DNA of 64,000 nt from Bigelowiella natans CCMP2755. Its lineage: Eukaryota; Protista; Cercozoa. Within the stretch, counting starts at the first letter, position 1, and each line of letters opens with the position of its first letter. Shown piece by piece: positions 51,801 to 63,839 of the stretch. The notes beneath the pieces were generated by a model. That model did no database searches. It was not told the DNA's origin and was given only the letters and a program-made list of their open reading frames with translations. The DNA lies in contig ADNK01001587.1 in NCBI GenBank assembly GCA_000320545.1, forward strand, positions 54,925 through 118,924. Direction: 5' to 3'. The position numbers were made by a program, and so were the translations under genes.

Positions 51801-54800
51801 AGTCAAAAGTTGATATCAAGGACTCATGCGCTTTGGGTAAGCAAGGTGCATTTGTGATAGAAGCAGGTGAAGACGGAGTAGATGGACTAATCTCCGTGCT
51901 ACCAGATGGTAAGATCAAAATTCTTGGTATGCCCCCCTTAAGTTCAAGCGGTGAGTTAGCTTTGGATACATGGTCAAGAATTCACATCAGTGTTGATTGC
52001 GCAATTGGTGGTGGAATCATATCCTTCTCATCCGACAAGGTGGAATTTACCTCGAGGAGACTCAATCCAATGCAGACCTATAATGCGGGGCTTCGCAGGC
52101 AGTTTACTCTTTTTGATAAAAACGCCAGGGTCGTGCAGTTACATTCTGCAAACAAAACAGGTAACAAGGACGATGGTAAAACAGGTAGTGCAGAAAACAA
52201 TTTCAGGTGTTTTGCTGTAAGAGCTGTGCAAGTTACACTGCCTGGTCCCGCTAAAAAAATGTACACAGACAAGGACAAAAAAGTAGTTGTTTTTGACCCT
52301 TTCCAACCTTTTATAAGAACAGTCGCCCCATCTTCAGAAATTGCTGCTACACTGGTGAAGATGAAATTTCCGGAACATTGGGTTATGAAGGCTTTAGAAA
52401 GGAATAATTTTCAATTTAAAGATGCTTCCGACTACCTTCTATCGCACTCTAAAGAACTGAAAATTGAAGACAGGCAGGAAGATATGGCAATAGCATCTGA
52501 TACTTTATCAAAAATGGGAATACCCATTTCCGTTTGCGAAAAAGCCATGCGAGATTCGGCCCTTATTTGTGATGCCGACAAGTCCGTAGGTGTAATAACA
52601 CAACACGCGATCGGAAAGATCTTCTCACAACTCGACAGTAATAATATTGTAGAGGACGACAAAACCACGCCTGCTGTTCTATCGGAGGCCGAGATTGAGG
52701 AAAAGAAAGCGAAACGAGCTAATGTTGTAAAAAAGCAATTGGCTAGCATATTGAAAGAGACCAAGTCCCTCCAAGCGACAACGCTGGATGCTAGACTATA
52801 CTCATCAGCAGTAGCATCTCCAAAACCAGGGCGTGTACTCGACTTTCTCTCCCTCCCTCTGTCAGATGTTGATTTAGATGGAACAGCTGAGCTTTTGACA
52901 AAATTTGAATCCAGTCGCCTTGCTTTGGTCAAGACTCGGCAGAGTACCGACAAAGCTCTTGCTGTTGCATACTCGAGACTCTGCGTTCTGCTGTTGCTTA
53001 AAAACTTAAAAGGCGAGGAATTGGAGAAGCTCGAGTTGTTAACGGACGCTTCAAGCTTCTTTTTGGCTCGTTTGCTACGCGTTGTAGAATTCACACATCT
53101 TCCCGGTGCTCTCAACCAGCTCCAGCAACTCTTGACAGCTAAAATTGTTGATGAATCGGCCAGGATTCATGACTTTGTAAAAGAGTACAAGGCTAAAAAT
53201 CATGATCAAGAGAAGGAGAGAAAAAAAAATCAGAAAAAGAGATACGCGTACGAATATATCTCACGTGAAATATTTAGTTTACACGCACCCGTCGTTGATC
53301 AACTTATTCAGGAATTAGCTAATCAGCTTATTGTCATTCTACGACTACCTACCTATGATGCCAGTAAAGATGAGAAAGCTGAGGAAAATATTCTAGAAGG
53401 AAGAAAGCGCAATATTGGTGTATGTCTTTGGATCTTGCAGCTTTTCTTAGATCTTTTTGATCAAGCTGTAAAGCTGCGGAAGCATTCTCACGTCCTCATA
53501 CTGCGCCCGTTCGTCTTCAGCTCGCAAGTTGTAAATTTACTTCTCGAAACTGTCGTATTGTGCAAGGGAGATTCCCGACTCTCCTTCCTTCGTCTTCTTG
53601 GAAATCTGGTCAACTCTAATACTGCAGAGGAGCTGAAACATTTACCTCCTGTAAAATTCAAAATGGATAATGCTGAGATATTAATGGAACTCATGGATCA
53701 AATCCATGAGGCAGAAGAGGAAAAGGACAGTGGTACACCATCAGAATTTTCACGTTCCCTTCTAGCGCTGAATCAAGCTCTTATTCGAATGAATGAAGAT
53801 ATTGAGAAACGGGAAGAACCTGACGAGGCCAAACGTAAAGCTAAGATCAAAAAAGAACGCAAAGAAAGCATCAAGAAAAAAATTGAAAATAAGTTTGTCG
53901 TTGTCTCGGGCTCACGATCGAGCAATAAGAAAGGATCTTGTGAATACTTTGACAGCAAAGCGAAGGCTGAGAAGGAGGTGAAGGCATTGGTAGCACCACT
54001 ATACGGTGTTGTGTTTAATGAGGGGAAAATCGTGTACAAGTCAGAAGGAATTCCTCTCTCCTTAGAACCACATATCACTAAGAAATATGAGGGTTGGAAG
54101 GAAATGGTAATAACGGAGAGGTATACAAAGAAATATATTGAAGCTAAGTTTAGCACAGAGCATAAGTCTCCGAACCTAGTCATTGAGAACAATGGAAATA
54201 CAGTGAAATCACTACAATATGGCAGCGGGTATAGCATACCTGTCGGAAACTGTGAGATTCTAACAGGGACGGCATGTTGGGAGGTTTCGAACATTAATAA
54301 GAAAGATAACAATACAATGTATATGATGGTTGGTGTCATCCCTTCAAGTAAGTTGAGTGTACTAAAAAGCAGCGGAGAAATCGGATCATCTATGGCCCAA
54401 GGATGGGCTCTTTTTACAGCTAATAGTTGCAATGGCTACCGAAACAACGCTACATTCCCCATTAAGATGAAATTAAATCAGCTTGGGCAATCAGATTACA
54501 CAATTGGAATTGAAATGGATTGTACTAAAAGGAGGCTGTCGTTTTATAAGGGTGGCTTAGGTGGTCAGCTCATGTATGAGTTTAAGGATGTCAAACCTCC
54601 GGTGATACCGGCAGTTACGCTTTACTATGGAGATGTGATGATATCTCCGATTGAGGTTGACTCATCTGACTTTAAACCAGAGACTAAGTACCCCGAGTGG
54701 TTCTTGAACGTATTGAAGGCTGACGACTGTGTCCGAGCACTATCTGATCCTCTCAAGAAAAAACAAATGCCGGAAACCTTCGTAAAAAAAGTGTTTAGCC

Positions 54801-57800
54801 GTTTTGCGAAAGCCTCTGGTACTCGTATGAGTTCGGGAAACGGTGGTGGGAAGAGTGGTAGTACAATTTTGCTCTCCTTGAACAAAAAAGCAACACAAAG
54901 TTCAACAAAATTAATCAAAATCGACGGCAGCGGTGGTGTTACTACTTACTCTGATGAAGAGGACAGCAAAAGCAGCTCCAGAGATTCTTCCGTAGTAGCT
55001 CTTTCAGCCGATTTAGCGCTCGACGGGCACATAGATCAGAAATGTGATTTCACAATAGCTTGCACAAAAAAGGAGAACAATCCTTGGTGGGAACTTGACC
55101 TTGGCAAAAGCTACGTCATTTCTCGTGTTTTCGCTTGGATGCCGCCAATACCAAAGGTATTTGTTATTCATTGATTGATGGCGGAAGTGATTTAAATTAA
55201 TGGCTAAGTTATCGATCTGATTGATGATGTTTTTGGTCCCTCTTCTCTCCACACCACCATAAATTTTTACATGTAGTAGTATGATATGTGACCGTTGTAA
55301 CCTATCGTCGTTGTTAATTATTCAGAATAATGAGGAAAGGAAAGGTGACTCCGATCAGGGAAATGAAAATAGGTTGAATGAGGAGAAAGCAGCCATTACG
55401 TTCCCTCTCCACATTTTGTGTTCGGAGAAACCGTTTCCTCAAAGTGGAAATCTTACCGCGGTGGTGCAAAATGCCTCCATTGCCAAGAAATTCGAGAGGT
55501 TTAGCAAGGATGACGCAATCGTTGAATATCAAAACGATGTTGATCCTTCAGAATTCTATCTTATTGACTTTCACAGTCCCGTTGGAATAGTTGCTGGTAC
55601 TCAGATATGTAATATGTAGCTTTAGCGTTAATAATGCGAATCATGATGATTGATGCTTTATATTGTTGTAGTTGTTTTTTTCCCACATAGAGTATCATTG
55701 TAATTAAACCCTATCACCCCCGCTGCTCACACCCTTCCATAATCATACTAATCATCATCATCAAACATCATTGTTTTTGAAACCCTTTTCTACTTGTCTT
55801 TCAGGCAAGAGTTTTGCAGTTGATATGTCGTATTTCTCGAAGAAATATAACCCCGGTGATTACCTAGTGATGCATAAGACAGAAGAGAAACCCTCCAAAG
55901 CACAGTTGTCGCATAAAGTGGTGACGCAAGACGACATAAATGACGGGTTATGGTTTGAGGGTAAAAACGTTCCGTCAAGTACAGATAGCGAGTACCAATT
56001 TAGCTACATGACAAAAAAAAATAAGAAGATCAGCTCGTCTCCTAGTTTCTCTGTGGCAAGATTGCGAGTTAGCGGTGAAACATCAAAAGATATTGGTCCT
56101 GTCGGAATGAAGGGAGCAGGAGGCACCCATTTTGATGATAGATCTATTCGTCCTGTTACTAAACTTCGGGTATTCTCCAACGAAACAGCGATTTATGGTA
56201 TTCAGTTGTGGTATGGCGGTGTACCTTGCAGTTTCCGTGGGATGCAACAAGGCAAAGAGAGCATTGTCGAATTAGCCATTGGAGAGTATATCAACTATGC
56301 CAAACTAGAAGGTAACTTCTCCACAGTGCAAGCGATTGAAATAAAGACAAATCGTGGATTACACAAACGTTTTGGTGTATCGAGCTTAGTAAACAACACC
56401 GATTATAAGGAAACAGATGCAGATATGCCTAATGACTGGATGCTATGTTCTGCCAAAGGAACTCATCATCAATCGTATTTTTATAACCTTCAATTCACCT
56501 TTCGTGCAAGAGACTCGATGCTTCCTGCTGATGTTCCTATTGCTACCAAATTTACGAAGTATGGTCTACATCGTGAGGACATTGACCGGAGAGATGCAAC
56601 CGTTGTTAAAATTGCACTACAAACTCCTGTGTATAAGGACAATAGAGACAGTGTTGTCAGTGCAATTAAAGGTGACTGGCCGCACGCTAAAAGTCATCTT
56701 ACAAGACCTCAATTCGTTGCAATTCCTGAGAAACGACCTAAGGACGATCGCTTCTCTTTCTCGGGGTATCTCAACCCAATCTACGTGTATCTGCTCTTTG
56801 CAAAGGGTGTTTCGCTACCTAAATGGGCTGTGGAACAGGGATTTCAACCTTCCAAAACTGAAATCGATATCACCACACAGATGATCGTGAAAATGAAGGA
56901 GAGTAAGAAGAGTGGTGCTGATGGTAAGAAGAACAACGACGAAGGAAAAGAACAAAAACAAGATCAAGAGGAAGAGAGAGTCGAATCCTCCATCAAAGAA
57001 TATTCTCTTTTCTTTGCGGGTCCATTTCCATCAGGATACACTATTAATCTCGAAGGCCCACAAGTTCCTTCTGAGGGTGACGACAAGGAATCAAGCGACG
57101 ACGAAAAAAAAAACGCTGAAGAGAAGGAACAAAAAGAGAAAAAGAAGGGAAAACTTCGAAAGTGGAAAGATGCGTATTTTGTAATGCTTGCACCAGCAAA
57201 TGTCGCTGACGATATTCCCACATCATTGTCCCTAAAAGGCCCAAATAGAAATGGCGGCTCAAATAGACTTGGAGATAAAAATAATAATGTCGGAAAGGGA
57301 GGTATTGTCGAGATTTCGAGCAAAGGTTTGAAAGGACGAGCGTCAGGTTCAAACGGTAGAAAGAACTTCTTGTGTCCACCATAGTTTTCTTCTGCGTCTT
57401 TCACAATTTGCTCCTTGTAGTAGATATGTATATTATTAGTTCTGAGTAATACCTAATAATTAGTAGTGGTAGTAGTCAATTCAATTCATTAGACAGCAAT
57501 CATAGTTTCGTTTATGTTCATATAATTATATTGTGCAGGTTTGACGTTTGAGATCAGCGTTTTATTTCCTGATGGACTTAGCAATGACAACGGCAAGATG
57601 ATGAAAAGAGCAACCCTATTCACCTCAAATGATGGTAACTGGTCGGTACAGCTTGATTCAAACGGAAGAGTCCTTTACACTTATCCAGTTGTTGGAGTTT
57701 CTGCTAACACTAGCACCGGCACCACCACCACCAACAACAACAACAACACCTTGGAACTTGGTTCCTTCGCTTTCGATGCTGGTAAATGGGTCCATATCGC

Positions 57801-57983
57801 CATATCTTTTATTAAGAATCGCGCCAAATTATATCGAAATGGTCGATTAATTGGTGAGACGAAACTTTCAGATCCACGACCAAATGATTGGGATTGTGAC
57901 TCGTTCATTATTGGTGGAATTGAAATGAAGCCTGATGATGATGAGGAGGAAAAGGAAAAGGAGGAGGAGGAAAAGAAAAAGGG

Positions 57984-58018
<35 letters not shown>

Positions 58019-60917
58019 TTCCGAATTGTTTTGCATCTGAGTTGAGAATTTGGAACGTGGAACGAAAGGTGGAAGAGATTAAATCCTTCCAAAACATACG
58101 TTTATCAAATATTGATCCAAAAATGGCTGCTGACATGAAGAAAAACAAGCTTCTGCAAGTGTATTGTCCACTGACAAAGCTTGCAGTCACAGATTCATCT
58201 ATAGCTCAGGTAGTAGTGGAGTAGTAGACAAAAGGCATTTATAATATTATTGATGATGATGGTGATCATGAAGATAATGGCAGCATTTTTCAAATTGGAA
58301 GATAGGGTGTCTACGATTAGACTTGTTCTATAAATTACTAATATTTAATGATTTTAATTAGATCCAGACCACATCAAAAATATTAGTTATCGGAGAAGAA
58401 GATGAGAAAGCAAATTGTGAAGAGGAGGGTAAGACAAAAGCAAATATCGGCATCTTTGGGTCTAGTTCAAGTTTTACCGTTAGTAAGAAAGCAAGAGAAG
58501 GCACATTAGTTGTTTCTAATAACCAAACCGATAAGTCAATCCGATATGTACGTATCCAAGCAGAGGGAGAGGGGAAGCAGTTACGAATTCCACAGGTTCA
58601 AGTTTATGGCTACTGGAAGGCTGCTGCAAGAGATGACTTTCAGACTCAGACTAAATCACCGCCCATTATTGTTCCAATGCCATCTTTTAAGATTCTACAT
58701 CGTATATTTACACGCGGTGCGATTTCATCAATTGTTGCTCTAATCAATCGGTGGTCTAACGAAGAGGTCCGATCCCCCGTGAATTGCGGTTCCGAGGAGA
58801 TAAAGCTTAATGTTGACTCCCTCAAGTCCTCACAGCATATTCAAAAATTGGGTTTCAAGAAGTCGCATTTTACCTTTGCTGTAGCTATGTTACAGGAATT
58901 CAATTTGTCAGTGATTAATTTACTTAATTATGTGGACTTAAGCCTTCCTCGATCATACTCGCAGCTTACAGACAATGTACGTGACGTAAGAAGTTACATA
59001 TTTTGGCACCACAAGAAGGAAATGTGGAATAAGGTTCTTGAAAGCTCTAAAAAAGGCAAGGCGAATGTTAGTGTTCAGCTTGACTTTATCGGCGCAAAGG
59101 CTGTGTTTGCGAAAAGAAAGACAGATCATAAGGTCCTGCTGCTTGTGTTGCTGCCCCTCCTATTTGTTTTTAATGACGACATTTTAATATTAGTATATGG
59201 TAGATTGCTCTCTCCCTCTTACGAAACACAATTGAAGAACTTATATGTAATTCTCTGCTGTAGGCGAGAAGAACGCTTTTCGGCCAATGTTTCCAGCAGC
59301 TCAAGAATAAAAATCCAGACATGTTTAAGGTTTTATTCAGTGCATCACCACCCCAATTTGTATACCATCTTCCTTGTTCGTCGTGTCTTCCTCCTAACCC
59401 TCTATTTTTGCTCCTTCTTCCCCCCCTTCTTTCTAGGTTGGGACGAACGTACGAGCATTTCGTGCAAACTATGTTGGAATGGGGTCTATCGATGCTGGTG
59501 GTCCTTATCGTGATGCTCTTGAGAACATGTGCAAAGAGTTGCAAAGTCCCGCGCTTCCTCTATTTATGAAGGTGAAATTTCATCAATATTATAAACACAC
59601 AGCATCATTTTTTGTCACCCACTCCTTCCTCAAGTGTAACTTTGATCTATAGCATTTAGCAAGAGAAAGCTACTACTACTACTATACCACTACTACTAGC
59701 ACCTAATAACTACATTTAACATCATCATCATCATCATCATCATCATCATGATCTTCATCATATTAGTGTCCAAATGGACGACTTGAACTCGGTGAGAACC
59801 GAAACACGTATGTCCCAAGACCATCATCAACGTCATCGTTCCACTTACAACTCTACAAATTCGTCGGTAAGCTCTTTGGTTTGGCTATGCGTAGCAAGGT
59901 AGTAGTTATAAATAAGACGATTATTTTTGTTTTTGTTCTTCAACCGACATGCTGGTGTTAACATATCATTATTCATCAGAGTCTTCTGTCGTTGGATCTT
60001 CCTTCGATTGTGTGGAAACCGTTGGTATCCGATATAGTCACTGATTCCGATGTTCAAGCAATTGATCGTGTTTCTTGGAAGGTATATCTATCTTCGCCGT
60101 TGTCATCATCAATGTCGTCGTTTTTTATTGTATTTATTTTTACTCACATAAATATTATTATTAGACGAGTGAGGCAATTCGCGAGCATGAGGAAAAAGTC
60201 GAGAATAAGAAAATGGACGTATCCATTTTCGATTCCACAATGCGACAATTCAATTTTACTGTGCCTGGTTCTGATGGAAAGATGAAGGAATTGATTCCTA
60301 ATGGTGGTAATGTTAGCCTCCAGTGGTCAAACCGCAGACTATATACGGAGAAACTTCGTGAATTCAGATTGCATGAGTTTGATGAACATGTAAAGGCAAT
60401 GCGTTCCGGGCTTTCTGAAGTTGTCCCTATCACGTATCTTTCTGTCTTTACTTGGCGAGAGCTTGAATCTCAAATAGCAGGTTATGGAATGACAGACAAG
60501 CAGATTGATCTCCTCGAGAAAATGACGGATTACGAGGGGGGCAAGAAAGATGAGCCTCACATAAAATTCTTCTGGAAAATGATGCGAGAAAGGTTCAATA
60601 ACGAACAGCGAGTCAAATTCCTTGTTTTTGTTTGGGGACGGTCTCGCCTTCCAGTAACTGCTGCGGATTTCGAAAAGAAATTTACCATCCAATCACATCA
60701 TGGTTCTGCAGCAAATCCCGATGCATTCTTCCCTATTGCTCACACGTGTTTCTTCTCCATTGAGCTTCCAAAGTACACCTCTCTAGATATTATGACGAAG
60801 AAAGTGTTATGGGCCATGAATAACTGTACGTCAATCGATGCTGATGGAGGACCAATGGGTGGTCGACCTGTTGGTAACACCGAAAGCGATGATGAATTGG
60901 AGACACTCTTTGATTAA
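33651..60917 (+). CDS. Giant HERC-type HECT E3 ubiquitin ligase (roughly 7,000 aa, estimated) with LamG/ConA-like, Ubl, RCC1, UBA, SPRY, F5/8-like and jacalin-like modules
   Basis: C-terminal HECT: SIDAGGPYRD, YKFVGKLFGLAMR, FLVFVWGRSRLP, PIAHTCFFSIELPKY (catalytic Cys). RCC1 repeats ~47380-48910 (GRNQYGCLG, WGDNYYGQLG). N-terminal PPLSL and GLAQGSLEQLL resemble large HERC proteins. Giant exons 40565-47707 and 48551-55156. Start MASVFQNQQ at 33651 follows a probable 5'UTR intron; a few exons at 36250-37540 are unresolved. Confidence 0.93.
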
Positions 60918-61199
60918 TTCGGGATTATTTTCTTCAAAGATCTTCAATGCTTTAGACACAGGAAATACATTACCTGTAAGGCGACTTCTGATATTTGCAC
61001 GAGGCGATATAGAAATTGTAACAAATCAGATCTCTCAATTGCTAATAAACATGTCTGGAATCGAAATTATAAAATTGAAGGCTATCGTGCATTCGCTTTG
61101 GCTAATAACCCGGTTTTTCATATATGTACTGCATTTAGAGCATACGCATATACCGCCCTAATAATTTGATGAGGTGCGTGGTTCTAGCTTTTGTGAGAG

Positions 61200-62430
61200 A
61201 TCCATGACGCACATGAACAAATGATTTTGTATGTCTGCGTACATGCACACACATGTACACTAGTACACATGTAGACACAGCATGTTTGCATTGCATCACT
61301 ACGTTTACCCCAATAAACAAGTGAAGTACTCTAGCTAGTATTTGCTAGCAGCTTGCTGATATGCGGACTCAAATAGAAAATTCGCTTGCTTGCCGGTCTA
61401 GCGGTGTGTGTGCGAACGCCACGCGTGTGCGTGCAATGTCCATTGCACCACTGTTCCTGCGCTATCATGATTATCCTAGATGAACGAGCTTGCGAGGATT
61501 CAGCTAGTGTCATTGTGTGAGACGGATGCAATGAAAATTTTGAATTTGTTCGTTCAATTGTCACCCTGATGTCATCACAAGTCCGTCAAACCCGGCAACG
61601 ACGGGGTTGTGAACAGTGCAGCGCTTGCGACGCGCTTTGAAGCAGCAGGCAGTTGTAGTTAGTCAAAGAAAAGTCATCAGTACTTGTCCGATGGCCAAAC
61701 CTGAAAAAATGACCGAAATGTTGACCAAAATGTCCATTTTCAAGGCCTCAAAGTGTGAAAATTCACACCCGTTGCATATTGTATAGCGGATGCACGCTGC
61801 GCGTTTGTTCTCTGCCACATTTTGAATGCTTTTGCGTGTGCGTTTGACCAAATGTGACATGCACGAAAAATTTCAAAGAAATGCGAGCAAATCCAATGTC
61901 CATTACATCACATGACGCGCTCGGTCGCGCGCAAAAGCTTCCAAATGCACATTCTGGCGATTCGTTACAGGTTTGACGGACTTGTGCATGTTAACTGTGT
62001 CTATTATTGATGCAGCTGCACATTGTCAAAACAGTGCGTAGTAGCTACACGATGTGCACGGTGCATGGAAAGTGACTCATTTTGTTGTGACAGTCATCGA
62101 GTGCATGACACATGCATTAGAGACAAATGTGAGTAAACGCATTTGATTTTTTCAATGGTCATCCGCCCAATGTACTAGTGTAGCTGCATTTAGCTACGCA
62201 AAAGCTGCGAACACAGTGCACGAACAGCTTGCATGTTTCAATCTAGCCAATGTCTAACTTCATTCCAACACAACTTGCAGTCATGCATGTCACAAGATGA
62301 CAACAGTGACATGCAGTTTCAATTTGCACAACAAACAGCCACACATCTAGATAATGGGAAACACAAACTGCGCTGCAAAATGCGCGACATTCCAGACTCA
62401 TCAATGAACAACATGCATTTGATTGCGATG
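61200..62430. repeat. TpA-depleted intergenic island 5
   Basis: Same TGCA/CATG/CTAG bias with CpG retained; contains a TIR element and hairpin-repeat fragments. Confidence 0.75.
61576..61986. mobile_element. Non-autonomous DNA transposon (MITE-like), ~410 bp
   Basis: Perfect 17-bp TIRs cacaagtccgtcaaacc (61576-61592) and ggtttgacggacttgtg (61970-61986), extending imperfectly inward; CAT flanks both ends; no coding capacity. Confidence 0.85.
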
Positions 62431-62435
62431 CATGA

Positions 62436-62512
62436 AATAATAGACATAGTAATAGCATATATAGTATATATATGATATTACGTGATATGATATTACGTGT
62501 CTATAATTGAAA
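62436..62512. repeat. TA-retaining copy of the hairpin repeat at the island edge
   Basis: aataatagacatagtaata...tattacgtgtctataattgaaa versus aataatagacacagcaata...tattgcatgtctatcatttgaaa (reverse complement of the copy at ~1168-1227). Confidence 0.7.
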
Positions 62513-62940
62513 TACATCATCATGGCGGAAACCAACAACAGATTGAACATTATTAGCGCTGTATGTAGCCGCGTTGCATTGCAAAGCTACTACGACATAT
62601 AAGAACCAATTTAATTGATTGATTACATCCGTCTTACATCGTGAAAACATGAACCCAAATTGATCTCTAATTGGCGCATTTGACTTGCGTTCTCACGTAC
62701 ATATCTAGATATAATATGTGCGCTCACTGCATCATTGAAAGTTGATCTCGCTTAGCGCCACAATCAGTTGCTGGTAGACATGTCTTTAAAACATACTAAA
62801 TGGTGCGCGGCGTAGCGACCATTATGAAAATTCTGCATCGCACGACCAAATTGATTATCATTGATACTAAAGACTAACGTACAACTAAATTCCTATTGCA
62901 CACAAAATGAATGATGAAAACTACAATCTTATTTTTGTAG

Positions 62941-63535
62941 GAAGCATCAACAGCAGCAAGTATGGTATTCAGAGAGAAAATATTTGTCAAACCGTAGATT
63001 CTCTCAAGACCGAACCACACGTTTCGGAGATGACGAAGACATGAATGAACTAGAGTAAGTTGAGTTTAAATCAGAAGTACGGGAGGTTGTATTTTTCTGA
63101 ACCAAACGATCGCTTGGAACTTTTATTGAGCGACTTCTCTCTGCATATCTGGGAGATAAATTATGACGGGTAAGATAGAATGAATTACTGAATGAAGATA
63201 TCTGCTATTTGGTTTTCTAATGTGTGAAATTCAACTCACAAACTGGATGACAGCTAATCAATCTTGAATATGAGTTAAATGATTACTGCTACTTCCATTG
63301 TTACCCACACAGACACGCACGCGCACGTAAATAGATTTAAGTCCAGTTATGATTATGTTGTCTCAATGTTTCTAATAAGAAAGACTAACTTTCCCCCATA
63401 TGATGAGTGCATTGTGCTTGACATAGCTGATACTGTTTGAGGTTTCTTTAATGGAAAATGTGCTCCGAAACCATACTCAGGAGCATTAGGAAGCGGCCTA
63501 TTTTATAATCATCATCTCAATTACTGACTGTCAAT

Positions 63536-63581
<46 letters not shown>

Positions 63582-63828
63582 CATCCAAACTGCCAACCTC
63601 GCCAATCTTCAATTTTCTCACTCTATGTTATATCTGTCTGGAATTTTTTTCAGCACCTTTTCTCATTCATGTGCTCGAAGTTGCAAAACTGCATCATTTT
63701 ACGTGAAGGTAGAGGTTTTAGCTGTTTATGTCGCCGTAGTGCTGCTTGGTTTTCAGTATTGTACTCGGGGGTCTGAACATAAGCCGAACAATAAAGTGTG
63801 ATAGGTGATGAATTCATATTGAATCCCC
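62941..63828 (+). other. Possible 5' exons of another spliced gene running out of the window
   Basis: AG/GT-bounded segments such as 62941-63054 (open as KHQQQQVWYSERKYLSNRRFSQDRTTRFGDDEDMNEL), plus further candidate donors and acceptors. No consistent ORF or start established. Confidence 0.3.
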
Positions 63829-63839
63829 TTGCCCTCCTT

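Noticed and set aside
40793-60692. Antisense ORFs up to 410 aa (e.g. 49666-50898)
   Set aside because: Shadow frames of the long HERC exons, with no motifs of their own.
1230-62430. Islands explained by methyl-CpG decay or fungal-type RIP
   Set aside because: CpG remains abundant in the islands and TpA, the RIP product, is the missing dinucleotide. Some CpG decay cannot be excluded.
9788-63074. Possible 20-21 nt nucleomorph-style introns (~9788-9808 on minus; 63055-63074 on plus)
   Set aside because: Not needed for any supported gene model; well-supported introns here are about 50 nt or longer.
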